IMG/VR virus record: IMGVR_UViG_3300041955_000884
Span: 1-64,000 of that record
Length of the DNA: 64,000 bases
Source of the DNA: a virus
Reading direction: 5' to 3' (one strand)
Within the stretch, counting starts at the first letter, position 1. Each line of letters opens with the position of its first letter. The notes under the pieces were generated by a model. The model made no database searches and was not told the origin of the DNA. It saw only the letters and a list, made by a program, of their open reading frames with translations. Made by a program: the position numbers and the translations under genes. Below, piece by piece: positions 17,971 to 27,111 of this stretch.

Positions 17971-18411
17971 TCAGAAGTCGGCGCCGACGCAGTAGATGTT
18001 CACGACGAGGCCGGCCCCGAGCGAGACTGTACTGGCGATGGACGCCTGCACTGTGTCACCGCTGATGGCCACGAGATAGAAGTTGCCGTCATTGTCGAGC
18101 GGCAGCCCGGGCCAGTTGACGGCGCTCATCACGTTGACGGGCGCGACGCCCACGGCAAAGCCCGCGCTGGCCGCCAGGGTCACCGCGGCGGCTTGGTACC
18201 TGACGCCTCCATTCACGATGGCTACCGAGACCGTCGCCGCCAAGGTGTTGCTATTCGTGGCGAACATACCGAAGACCTTCGAGGCCGCGCCGGCCGTCGT
18301 CTCGCCGGTGTAAAGCGTATAGAACTGCCCAGCGGTCGAGGCGGTCGACATCTGGAGCACGCCTCGGTTCGGAGTCTGCGGGGTGACGATGCTGTTCGGG
18401 GTGACGGCCAT
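17971..18411 (-). CDS. putative virion structural protein
   Basis: 146 aa beta-rich, ends GADF. Confidence 0.65.
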   Translation of the reverse strand: MAVTPNSIVTPQTPNRGVLQMSTASTAGQFYTLYTGETTAGAASKVFGMFATNSNTLAATVSVAIVNGGVRYQAAAVTLAASAGFAVGVAPVNVMSAVNWPGLPLDNDGNFYLVAISGDTVQASIASTVSLGAGLVVNIYCVGADF

Positions 18412-18429
18412 GGGGGATTTTTCCTTGCG

Positions 18430-19248
18430 TCAGCGGGTCAGCAGACCCGGCGGGATGATGCCGTAAGGCGGGGTGGCAACGCTGGAGGCGGCGGTTAGCT
18501 TGAGCGGATTGGTGGCGAGCGCATAAAGGGCCGAGCCGAAGTAGACGCTCCACACGGCGGCCCAAAGTATCGGGCGCCTTGCTGTCTCCGTGGGGTGTGA
18601 CAGCTCCACAAAATTCAGCCCGGACCAGGAAGCGATGGAGCTTCCGTTCGAGCCGCCCTGATTGTTGTCGAAGATATTCTCAAGGTCTGCCGTTCCAGGC
18701 GTATAGGTGACGAGGCAGCTATGGCCGCCCTTATTCACGCCCTCGATGTTGTAGGTGCTGCTGCTCGGGATCGTGCTGCCGTTGCCGCCGGCGACGCATT
18801 GGCCATTACCGGATGCCGACCGAACCGCCAGGCAACCCGTTGTATCCGTCGGGGAGGCTGGCGTTCCGCTGTTGACGTGGGCGAACCGCGCGGTGCTTCC
18901 GGTCCAGGTTATGCCCGGCAGATTATAGACGCCGGCCGCAACCGTGAGCCCGGCAGCCGGCTGGTAGCGGCCAGCGGCTGGCAGCGTGTAGGCATATCCC
19001 ACGGCATTTGCCAGGGCCGTGCCAGGAGGGCCGCCAAACATGCCGCCGACGCCGAGTGGCGTCGGCACGGGAGTGTATGCGCCGCTCACGATGAGCGGCT
19101 GACCGCCGACAAGATCGAAGAAACCACTCGGCGTCGGAACAGCGAAGAACACGAGGTTCGCCGCGAGCGGATGCCCCCTGTTGATTCGGGATCCATTGGT
19201 GCGGAAGCCGAAACTGTTCCTACGCGGGAAAGGTTCGTCGAACATCAC
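18430..19248 (-). CDS. LamG/concanavalin-like tail protein
   Basis: RINRGHPLAANLVF N-terminus and beta-sandwich composition. Confidence 0.55.
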   Translation of the reverse strand: MMFDEPFPRRNSFGFRTNGSRINRGHPLAANLVFFAVPTPSGFFDLVGGQPLIVSGAYTPVPTPLGVGGMFGGPPGTALANAVGYAYTLPAAGRYQPAAGLTVAAGVYNLPGITWTGSTARFAHVNSGTPASPTDTTGCLAVRSASGNGQCVAGGNGSTIPSSSTYNIEGVNKGGHSCLVTYTPGTADLENIFDNNQGGSNGSSIASWSGLNFVELSHPTETARRPILWAAVWSVYFGSALYALATNPLKLTAASSVATPPYGIIPPGLLTR

Positions 19249-19556
19249 CAGGCCTGCGTAAAAAGGGTGATGCCGGGGTCCGTTGGCGAGCTGGCGAGGC
19301 CGTTCGTTGAGCCGGCCGAGCCGACCGCGACGGCAAGTGCATAGGCCGCGTTACCCTGCTTGAGCAGAACGCCTTCCCCCTGAGTGGCCAGCGGCCCGTA
19401 GTCTAAGCTGAGAGCCGCAAGGGCGGAGCCGAGGAGGGTTTCTGCGGGCGTCAGGCCACCGCCCATGACCGAGCGCTGCTGACTGCCAGCCAAGGCAACG
19501 GCGAGCGAGTTCTGCGCTGACAGCCAGCCCACGGCGAGATCGAGGTTGAAGACCAT
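19245..19556 (-). CDS. hypothetical protein
   Basis: Coupled to both neighbours. Confidence 0.55.
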   Translation of the reverse strand: MVFNLDLAVGWLSAQNSLAVALAGSQQRSVMGGGLTPAETLLGSALAALSLDYGPLATQGEGVLLKQGNAAYALAVAVGSAGSTNGLASSPTDPGITLFTQAW

Positions 19557-20656
19557 CAGATCGTCACCGCATAGAAGTCGGCCATATCGGTCATCGCGGT
19601 CTGAAGGTCGGCCGGCGCGATTGTCGTCCCGCAGAGCGCCTCGACGATGTCAGCAGCGAAGGGGTAATTCGGTGCCGCGCCGCCGCCATTGGCGATGTCG
19701 CCCATCCCGATGTAGCAGGCCGCGCCGAAATCCCCCGTGCTGGCAACTGCGGCCCCAGCGACGCCGTTTACCCAGGTCTGCTGCGTCGAGCCATCGAAGA
19801 CAGAGGCCACGATCATGACGCTGGTTGTCACCGATATCGCGCTCAGCGTCGTGCTGTCGCGGTAGCCCTCGAGTGCGCTCCCCGGCGCGCCCTGCCACCC
19901 CATCACAATCGCCGACGTCGTGGTGTTAGAATCGTGCCCAGGGAAGCCATCAACGGTGGCGTACAGCGACGCCAGGCGGCCGGTCGTCGAGCCGGACCCG
20001 GCTTGCGCGCGGACGGCAGCCACGAACCAGAACTGCGGCGTGCCCACCGGAATCGCCATCGGGATGCCGGAAGACGTCGACGCCATGGAAATCGAGGGGG
20101 CATTGCTCGTCGAGTAGGTGGCGCTATAGCCGACGCTGATTGCGGGGTAGCCGTTGATGGGCTGGTTGAAGGCGCCCCCGCCGGCAATTCGGGGGTAGCC
20201 CGCATTGCCGCCCTTCTGCGGCTTCATCACGTTGCCGAACGTGCCGTTGGTGGAGGAAATCTGCCCGGATTGGTCGTACCAGAGGGTGATGTCGGCCGAC
20301 GTGTAGCTGGTCACGTAGGCCTGGAACTCGGCGCCCGCCGTTATGCTCAGCGTGCACTGGCTCGTGGAGGGAAAATTCATGGCGTTCGTGATCTGCCCTG
20401 CCGGGGCCGCGGCCTCGAAGAAATATCCGGTGTAGGCATTGCGGAGCCTGCGGGCCATCGACCAGGCACCGAGCACCACGGTTCCCCCGACCAGCTTGTC
20501 AATGAGACAGCCGCCGCCGTCGCTCGACGTCGCGAAGCAGGCAGAGGAGGAACCGCCGGCGCGCGGCAGCATCGGCATGATGGCGTCCGCATCCGCGCCG
20601 AAGGCCGCGGCGGCCGCAGCGCCGAACAGCAGGGGACGGCGGAAGACGTGGCTCAC
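19556..20656 (-). CDS. lectin-like (LamG / arabinofuranosidase-B-type fold) protein with Tat-like leader
   Basis: GAWSMARRLRNAYTG and ITLWYDQSG motifs; leader FRRPLLFGAAAAAAFGADADA. Confidence 0.65.
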   Translation of the reverse strand: MSHVFRRPLLFGAAAAAAFGADADAIMPMLPRAGGSSSACFATSSDGGGCLIDKLVGGTVVLGAWSMARRLRNAYTGYFFEAAAPAGQITNAMNFPSTSQCTLSITAGAEFQAYVTSYTSADITLWYDQSGQISSTNGTFGNVMKPQKGGNAGYPRIAGGGAFNQPINGYPAISVGYSATYSTSNAPSISMASTSSGIPMAIPVGTPQFWFVAAVRAQAGSGSTTGRLASLYATVDGFPGHDSNTTTSAIVMGWQGAPGSALEGYRDSTTLSAISVTTSVMIVASVFDGSTQQTWVNGVAGAAVASTGDFGAACYIGMGDIANGGGAAPNYPFAADIVEALCGTTIAPADLQTAMTDMADFYAVTI

Positions 20657-21648
20657 GAGAAGTTCAACGTCGGCACGCAGACCATCGACTGCGTCGAGGA
20701 GGCGACGCAGAAGAGGGCGTCCGAAGCCGAGAGAGATTGAGTCAACGGCGGCGGCGAGGCGTTGCTGTATGGGGAGGGGAACAGGTACATGTTCCCGTAG
20801 GCGGAAACGCTCTGCGCCGCGCCGCTCGTCGGTTGAAGGAAGACGAAGATGAACGACGCGCCGGCGGCCGGCGGCGGTACGCAGTTGGCGAAAGTATAGG
20901 GGCCATCCCCGGAGACGAGCTGCATGATCAGCACATTGCCGCCCGTCGAGGAATTGCAGGCCGGCGTGATCGTCGAAACCGTGGTTGACGGCGAGACCAA
21001 GCCCTGGTTGAGGTTGACGCGCGCGCTGTTGGACGTTGAGGCGTCCGTGCCGCCGAAGGGCACGGGCACAATCTCAGCGTACGAGGTCGTGCAGGAACTG
21101 CCGGGCGTGGTGATAGCGCCCGTCAACTCAGGAAGCGTGGAGCAGGCGAAAGAGACCGTGGAGTTCAGCGAGGTCGCGCAGGAGCCGCTGGCGCTGGTCA
21201 CGGAGCCGACAAGGGCCGGAAGCTGAGCGCAGGACAGGTTCGGGACGTCGGCGTCAACTAAGGCCCGGAACGTCGGCGTTGCGGACGGGCCGCTGACTGG
21301 CCCAGCGAAGACCGTGTTCGCGGCCTCGGGCGCCAGGGTGACATCGAAGGTTCCGCTCGCCGAGGCCGGCGAGCCGGTCACGTCGAAAATGGACGGCATC
21401 AGCAGACTGATGGAGACGGAGACCGAGCCGCTGATGTAGCTGCCCAATGCGCCGAGCGAGAAGCTCCGGCTGTGCGGGTTTTCCTGGAGCTGGTAGAGGT
21501 AGATGACATCGCCGGGCTGCGGATTGACCGCCGGCGGGCAGTTCACGATGAGGCCGGCAGCGCATTGCGCCTCGGCCGCCGGAGCGCCGAGTAGGAGCAT
21601 CCCGGCGACGGCGGCGGCGTAGGCCGAGCATGTGGCGAGCGAGCGCAT
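20653..21648 (-). CDS. Cys-rich fibre-like protein with Sec-type signal peptide
   Basis: Leader AAAVAGMLLLGAPAAEA; ANTVFAGPVSGPSATPTFRALVDAD motif; CxxLPxLxGxxTxxxxSCxT repeats. Confidence 0.65.
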   Translation of the reverse strand: MRSLATCSAYAAAVAGMLLLGAPAAEAQCAAGLIVNCPPAVNPQPGDVIYLYQLQENPHSRSFSLGALGSYISGSVSVSISLLMPSIFDVTGSPASASGTFDVTLAPEAANTVFAGPVSGPSATPTFRALVDADVPNLSCAQLPALVGSVTSASGSCATSLNSTVSFACSTLPELTGAITTPGSSCTTSYAEIVPVPFGGTDASTSNSARVNLNQGLVSPSTTVSTITPACNSSTGGNVLIMQLVSGDGPYTFANCVPPPAAGASFIFVFLQPTSGAAQSVSAYGNMYLFPSPYSNASPPPLTQSLSASDALFCVASSTQSMVCVPTLNFS

Positions 21649-21654
21649 CAGGGG

Positions 21655-22041
21655 TCAGGTCTCCAGAAGGATGGCACCGCTGCCATCCTCGAGTTCGATG
21701 TCGTCAATGCCATCCTCGAGCAGGATGAAGTCGCCTGCCGGGGCTGGCGGGGCTGGCGGGTTGAGGTAGAAGCAGTTGTCGCCGCCGCTGGTGGCGCCAT
21801 TGGAGAAGCCGTCCAGGAATGGTTCCCACTGGCCGCAGCCGCCTTGGCCCAGCGGGACACGAACCCCGCCGAGGCCCATGTTGTCGTCACTGCGCCAGAT
21901 GATGGTCGACTCGGATGCGGTGAGCGGGCTGGGGTCCGCAGTCCAAGCGTTCCAACTGGCCAGCCGGCCGGAAGCTCCCTGGCCCGTATCGACGAACCGG
22001 GGCGCGTTGGCAGCCGGGGGAAATGCAAGGAAGCTAGCCAC
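21655..22041 (-). CDS. tail-region protein with LEDG repeats
   Basis: FILLEDGIDDIELEDGSGAILLET C-terminus; GTG start. Confidence 0.6.
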   Translation of the reverse strand: MASFLAFPPAANAPRFVDTGQGASGRLASWNAWTADPSPLTASESTIIWRSDDNMGLGGVRVPLGQGGCGQWEPFLDGFSNGATSGGDNCFYLNPPAPPAPAGDFILLEDGIDDIELEDGSGAILLET

Positions 22042-22633
22042 ATATCAGCTCCAGCGACGACTGAGCGGCCGCGTGGCGCGCGCGCGGCGCCGCCGCCCAT
22101 CGCTCGCGCTGAAGACAGCCGCATGATTTTGACAAGCCGCGCCTAGCACTGTTGACGGACAGCAGTTTTTCCGTCCCGCAAATGCACCGACACAGCCATT
22201 TCCGCTCAAGGCCGACCATCGGGCCAGCGGACAGCACAGTCCAACGGCCAAAAACGTCGCCTGGATTAGTCTTGCAGATGCGTCGGAGCGCTCCGGCATT
22301 GGTGCTCGCCTCGGCGCGACTATTGTAGCCGAACGGCTTCCTGTTCGCCTGATAGGCCGAAATCAGCGCGTCCTCGTAGCCAAGCAGGTCTTCGGGACGG
22401 CACGCCAAAACTTGGCGGAAGGCGAAGGCGCCCTCGCCATGCTTGTTCCACGCGTTTTGAAGCGACGGACTGCGAGCGCGACGGCCGCGAAGGTCACAGC
22501 GGTGGCGCTGCAGCCTGTACCGGACGTGCTTGGAGCTGCCGATATAGCGCCGGCCACTCTCGATGTGGACAATCTCGTAGACGCCAACGTCCAACGGTCT
22601 GCCGCCAGTCGCGAGGGAGGAGATGCTCACCAT
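22034..22633 (-). CDS. GIY-YIG homing endonuclease
   Basis: GVYEIVHIESGRRYIGSS...R, LQNAWNKHG, GYN, then FGRWTV...WLCRCICG...SKSCGC; TGATG-coupled to the tailspike. Confidence 0.88.
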   Translation of the reverse strand: MVSISSLATGGRPLDVGVYEIVHIESGRRYIGSSKHVRYRLQRHRCDLRGRRARSPSLQNAWNKHGEGAFAFRQVLACRPEDLLGYEDALISAYQANRKPFGYNSRAEASTNAGALRRICKTNPGDVFGRWTVLSAGPMVGLERKWLCRCICGTEKLLSVNSARRGLSKSCGCLQRERWAAAPRARHAAAQSSLELICG

Positions 22634-25600
22634 CAGTGGGTCATCACGTTCGCGGTCATGGCGCCGCTGTAGGAAATCACGACGCTCTCGTTCGGGCCGA
22701 GGCCGACAGTGAAGGGAGCAGAAGCCGACGTGGCCACGGGCAGCAGGTGCGTGCCATTGTACGTCACTGAATTGATTGAAGTCGTGGCGCTGAGGTAAAG
22801 CGTCTGCGGCGACGGTCCCGCGGTGTAAGTCCACGGCGAGGCCGAAGCGGACAGCGTCGATGAGCCAACGGGGTTGTAGCCGTTGTTGTCGAGCACGCGG
22901 ATGGCGGTGGCCGTGGCGGAAACCGAGATCGTCGAGGAACCGAAACCCCCGGCGAAGCTGTTGCCTTGGATGATGCCGCCCGTTGCCGAAGGCCCGATGG
23001 TGATGCCCGTCGTCGTCGGCGTCGCCGAGCGCAGCGTGTTGGCAGCAAGGTTGAAGTACTCCGTGCTGTCCACGTTGAGGCCGGCATCGGCCGCCGTTCC
23101 GATGCCCTGCCAGGCGTTTCCGGTCACGGTCATCGCGGTGACCCAGATACCTCCGGTATCGCTCGGCACGCTGAGGCCGGTCTGGGTGTCCTGCATCTCG
23201 TTGCCGTCGATGAGGATTTGCGCCAGGGTTCCGGTGCTGCTGCGCTGGATTTCGACGGCGGGGCCAAGGCTAACCTGCGAAATCGAATTGTCCCCGATGA
23301 GGACGCCGCCAGCCGCCTGGGAAGTCGAAGTGTACATGTAGAGGATGCCACCGGCCGCGCACTCCGTGATGGTATTGCCCACGGCCCGGAAGCCGCCAGC
23401 ACCGGCCCATCTCACGCCCACGGCGGTCGTGGATGACGTGGAACCGTAAATTTCATTGTTGGCGAGGTCCACGTCGACGGAGGAGGCAAGCTCGGCCCCG
23501 GTGGTCGAGAAGCCGACAATGAAGCAGCCGTCCATCACAAAGGCGCCGCTGTTCTGAACCAGGATGCCGGCGTTGGAGTAGACGATGGCCGTGTCGCGGA
23601 CCCGGCTGGCGACGTTGTTCGTCGAGTTCACGTTGATGGTCATGGCGTAAACGCCAGGGGACTGGGCTGCGGGCGGGTAGTAGAGCTGGAGATCCTCGGT
23701 GGTGATGGGAGCCGTGGTGTTGAAGGCAAAGCAGGTCGTGGCCGAGGACGGCGAGATGACGGACTGGCCGAGTCCGTCGCCGAAAATCTTCATCCCAGTC
23801 GTGATGCTGATTTGCGCCGTGATGCGATAGACATCCGTCGGCACGTACATCGCATTCGGCGCAGCCGCGTTGGCACATGCCTGAATTGCCACCGTGTCGT
23901 CAGTCACGCCGTTCCCGGTCGCCCCGAACCATTTCACCGAGAACGGATTTCCGCCCGTCTCTCGGTACCAGTTGCGGCTCAGGCCGTCAGCGATGATAGA
24001 CCCGCCGTTCGGCGAGGCCGTGCTGGATGGGAACGGAGCGAACATCCCCTCCCCGCCGTCCGTTGCGTTGTAGTAGCCGAGGAGCCAGAGCGGCATCGTC
24101 GCTGGCCCGGTGTAAGCGGCGAGTGCCGCAACATTGGCGATCTGGCCGACGCTATATTCCCCGAACCCGACATTGTTGAGGACGTAGACGGCGGTTGCGG
24201 TGGCCGACACGGAGACGGCCGGAGGGACGAATGAGCCGGCGAAGTTGTTCCCCTGGATATTGACGCCCACGCACGACGGGCCGATGACAATCCCGGCCGT
24301 GGTCGGCGTCGCCGAGCGCAGCGTGTTGCCGAGAATGTTAACGTATTCGGCAGTGTCAATCTCGAAGCCGTAGTCGGCTGGAGTGCCGGGACCCTGCCAG
24401 GTATTGCCGGTCACGGCCATGGCATTGACCCAGATGCCGCCGGTATCGCTCGGCACGCTCAGGCCGCCCTGGCAGTCCTGAAGCACGTTCCCGGAGATGA
24501 CGATTTGGGCTACCGTCCCGGTGCTGCTGCGGACGAGCCTGATAGCCGGGCCGCTATCCGCCGAGAAGATCTCATTGTCGGCGATAACGACGCCGCCGTT
24601 CGCCGGGGTGCCGATGTAGTTGTAGAGAATGCCGCCGGACGCCGCTTCCGTGATGGTATTGCCCACGACGCGAAGGGCGCCAGCAGCAGTCAGATTCAGC
24701 CCCGTCGCTGCCGCTCCAGCGCCGTAAAGCTCGCAGTTCGTGATATTCACGTCGATGGAGGACGAAATCACCGCGCAGGTGGTCGAGCACCCCACGATGA
24801 AGCAACCGTCCATCACGAAGGCGCCGGAGTTCTGCACCAGAATGCCGGCGTTGGCGTAGATGATGGCGGTGTCCCGAACCCGGCTGGCCACATTGTCCGA
24901 GGAGGACACATCGAACGTCATGGCATAGACGCCGGAGGACTGGGCCGCAGGCGCGTAGTAAAGCTGCAGGTCCTCGACGGTGACAGGCGCGGTCGTATTG
25001 AACGCCAGGGCGGTGGTGGCGGAGGACGGCGAGAATACGGATTCCCCGAGACCTGCACCGAAAATCTTGATCCCAGTCGTGATGCTGATTTGCTTCGAGA
25101 TGGCGTACACGTCCGACGGCACGTACATCGGGTTCGGGGCGGCTGCGTTGGCGCAGGCCTGGATGGCCGCAGTGTCATCAGTCACGCCATCGCCGACGGC
25201 ACCGAACCATTTCACGGAGAACGGATTTCCGCCGGTCTCGCGGTACCAGTTCCGCGCCAGGCCGTCGGCCAGAATGGTGCCGCCGTTCGGGGAGGCTGTG
25301 CTGGAGGGGAACGGCGCGAGCATGCCCTCCCCGCCGTCGGTCGGGTTGTAGTACCCCATCAGCCAGAGAGGCCCCGTCGCTGGCCCCGTATAGGCGCTCA
25401 GGGCGGCGACATTCGCGATCTGGCCGACGTAACCGACGCCTGATGCCGAGGGGCTAAGCGAAGCAATCTCCTCCTCCAGCGTGGTGATCTCCGTCTGGAG
25501 CTGCTGGAGGCACATCATCTGGTAGTCGAACTCGGTCTCGATGGCCGCGAAGGTCGGCCCCTGGTTCTGCAGGCTTGTGGCCTGGATGAGGGGCAGGATG

Positions 25601-25851
25601 CGGGCGATGAAGACGAAGGCGCCAGCGGCGAGCGGAGGGCCGGACAGCGGGTAGATGACCGTCCCGCCCGCGGGATTGCCGAGGCCGGTGATGCTGTACT
25701 GCGTCGGCGAGAGGTAGACGACCGTGCCGCCAGGGAGCAGGTAGCTCACCACGGCGTCGGAGGCGAACGGGATGAGGAACGGGTAGGCGAAGCTGGTCGT
25801 CACGCCGTTGGCCGTCACCGCGATGGCGCTGATGGTCGTCCCGATGGTCAT
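22633..25851 (-). CDS. tailspike/depolymerase with T7-like N-terminal anchor and two tandem pectate-lyase-like beta-helix modules
   Basis: ANGVTTSFAYPF anchor; SVKWFGAxGxGVTDDTxAIQA present twice, 426 aa apart. Confidence 0.88.
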   Translation of the reverse strand: MTIGTTISAIAVTANGVTTSFAYPFLIPFASDAVVSYLLPGGTVVYLSPTQYSITGLGNPAGGTVIYPLSGPPLAAGAFVFIARILPLIQATSLQNQGPTFAAIETEFDYQMMCLQQLQTEITTLEEEIASLSPSASGVGYVGQIANVAALSAYTGPATGPLWLMGYYNPTDGGEGMLAPFPSSTASPNGGTILADGLARNWYRETGGNPFSVKWFGAVGDGVTDDTAAIQACANAAAPNPMYVPSDVYAISKQISITTGIKIFGAGLGESVFSPSSATTALAFNTTAPVTVEDLQLYYAPAAQSSGVYAMTFDVSSSDNVASRVRDTAIIYANAGILVQNSGAFVMDGCFIVGCSTTCAVISSSIDVNITNCELYGAGAAATGLNLTAAGALRVVGNTITEAASGGILYNYIGTPANGGVVIADNEIFSADSGPAIRLVRSSTGTVAQIVISGNVLQDCQGGLSVPSDTGGIWVNAMAVTGNTWQGPGTPADYGFEIDTAEYVNILGNTLRSATPTTAGIVIGPSCVGVNIQGNNFAGSFVPPAVSVSATATAVYVLNNVGFGEYSVGQIANVAALAAYTGPATMPLWLLGYYNATDGGEGMFAPFPSSTASPNGGSIIADGLSRNWYRETGGNPFSVKWFGATGNGVTDDTVAIQACANAAAPNAMYVPTDVYRITAQISITTGMKIFGDGLGQSVISPSSATTCFAFNTTAPITTEDLQLYYPPAAQSPGVYAMTINVNSTNNVASRVRDTAIVYSNAGILVQNSGAFVMDGCFIVGFSTTGAELASSVDVDLANNEIYGSTSSTTAVGVRWAGAGGFRAVGNTITECAAGGILYMYTSTSQAAGGVLIGDNSISQVSLGPAVEIQRSSTGTLAQILIDGNEMQDTQTGLSVPSDTGGIWVTAMTVTGNAWQGIGTAADAGLNVDSTEYFNLAANTLRSATPTTTGITIGPSATGGIIQGNSFAGGFGSSTISVSATATAIRVLDNNGYNPVGSSTLSASASPWTYTAGPSPQTLYLSATTSINSVTYNGTHLLPVATSASAPFTVGLGPNESVVISYSGAMTANVMTH

Positions 25852-26069
25852 CGGACGTACGCCTTCGGGCCCGACAGGCCGCGCTTGGCGGTCGTCCCGT
25901 GGCCAGCGGCGGCGACTCGGCGGGGCACGCGGTTCAGGTGGCGCTGCCGCTTCGGCGCTTGGCGCATGCCGCGGGCTGACGCCACCGGCTGGGCGCGGCC
26001 GAGCGCGGCCTCGGCCAGAATGGCCAGGGCGCTGGCAAGATCGGACTGGGAAGCCGGCTGGTCAGCCAA
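25848..26069 (-). CDS. small basic hypothetical protein
   Basis: TTG start, ATGA-coupled to the tailspike. Confidence 0.45.
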   Translation of the reverse strand: MADQPASQSDLASALAILAEAALGRAQPVASARGMRQAPKRQRHLNRVPRRVAAAGHGTTAKRGLSGPKAYVR

Positions 26070-26131
26070 CGAGGTCCCCGCGTTGGGGTGGGGCTGGGAC
26101 CTAGCGCCCGCTCGTTGGCGATGGCGGGAGG

Positions 26132-26160
26132 ATACTACCGGAAAGCTGGGAGTCGTTCAA
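26132..26160 (-). promoter_or_regulatory. sigma70-type promoter for the tailspike-lysis operon
   Basis: TTGAAC(26160-55)-17-TAGTAT(26137-32). Confidence 0.65.
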
Positions 26161-26177
26161 ACCCCTTCTGACGGGGC

Positions 26178-26207
26178 TTGACGGGAGCGCAAGAACCGGA
26201 ATAAACC
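26178..26207 (+). promoter_or_regulatory. promoter of the protein-ncRNA unit
   Basis: TTGACG(26178-83) with A-rich -10 region (ATAAAC/TAAACC) 17-18 bp downstream. Confidence 0.55.
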
Positions 26208-26255
26208 GTCGCTGCACAGCAAGTGCCCAGAAAACTCAGCATGAAAGGTCCCGCA

Positions 26256-27020
26256 ATGGCAAAGCTCCATGAGGTCCTGGCCGTCGAAAGCGGCCTCCAG
26301 GCCACGGCGAAGAAGGTCAATGAGGAGACGATTCGCACCTTCGGCAAGAAAGATGAGCACTTCATCGAGACGGTGAAGGCCATCACCCACTTCGCCGAGG
26401 AGGACAAGCATCTCGACACCACCGAGTCCAAGGCGATGGTGACGACCGTCTTCGACAAGCTGCTCTACACCGCCGGACCGAACATCAAGGCACTGGACGC
26501 CTACCTCCAAAAGGAGGCCACCAACCAGAAGGCCGTCGCCGATCTCGTCGTGGGCGAGACCACGTTGGCCACGGCGATGCCGGCCACGGTTCTCCTCGGA
26601 CTGGAGACCAAACTGGCGGAACTCCGCGCGGTCTACGATGCCATCCCGACGCTGGCGCCGGGTCCGACATGGGTCGAAGACGGCGACAGGCGCGCCGACG
26701 GAGGCGTCTACCGCTCCGAGCACCCCGACGTCACGTTCCGCACCCGCAGGACCGTGAAGCCCATCATCATGGCGCCGGCGACGAAAGAGCATCCGGCCCA
26801 GGTCCAGGCCATCCAGGAGGACGTGCCCATCGCGAAAATCGTGATGCAGCACTGGAGCGGCATGATCACCTCGGCGGAGAAGTCCGACCTGCTCGGCCGC
26901 GTTGACAGATTGCTTCGCGCCGTGAAGCGCGCCCGGCAGCGCGCCAACATGCAGGAGGTCGAGAACCGGAAGATCGGAAAGGCCTTGTTCGATTTCATCC
27001 ACGACGGTATCGTGGGATGA
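26256..27020 (+). CDS. uncharacterised alpha-helical protein (MAKLHEVLAVE type) heading the ncRNA locus
   Basis: AAAGG RBS, ATG 26256, 254 aa, strong GC3 codon bias; APATKEHPAQVQ and RAVKRARQRAN motifs. Confidence 0.9.
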   Translation: MAKLHEVLAVESGLQATAKKVNEETIRTFGKKDEHFIETVKAITHFAEEDKHLDTTESKAMVTTVFDKLLYTAGPNIKALDAYLQKEATNQKAVADLVVGETTLATAMPATVLLGLETKLAELRAVYDAIPTLAPGPTWVEDGDRRADGGVYRSEHPDVTFRTRRTVKPIIMAPATKEHPAQVQAIQEDVPIAKIVMQHWSGMITSAEKSDLLGRVDRLLRAVKRARQRANMQEVENRKIGKALFDFIHDGIVG

Positions 27021-27027
27021 CCAGTTC

Positions 27028-27099
27028 GCCGGGATAGCTTAGTGACAGAGCGTCCACCTCGTCAGTGGAAGACGGCGGTTCAACTCCGTTCTCCTGGCA
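27028..27099 (+). tRNA. degenerate tRNA-Thr(CGT)-like element
   Basis: GCCGGGA/TCCTGGC acceptor, GCTT/GAGC D-stem, TCCAC-CTCGTCA-GTGGA anticodon arm, GGCGG-TTCAACT-CCGTT T-arm; lacks D-loop GG, has C37 and one extra C. Confidence 0.7.
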
Positions 27100-27111
27100 C
27101 CCCTCTCCCAT

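Noticed and set aside
22034-22633. Group I intron around the GIY-YIG gene (also checked for the other endonucleases)
   Set aside because: Flanking genes look complete and overlap or abut the endonuclease ORFs, leaving no room for intron core structure
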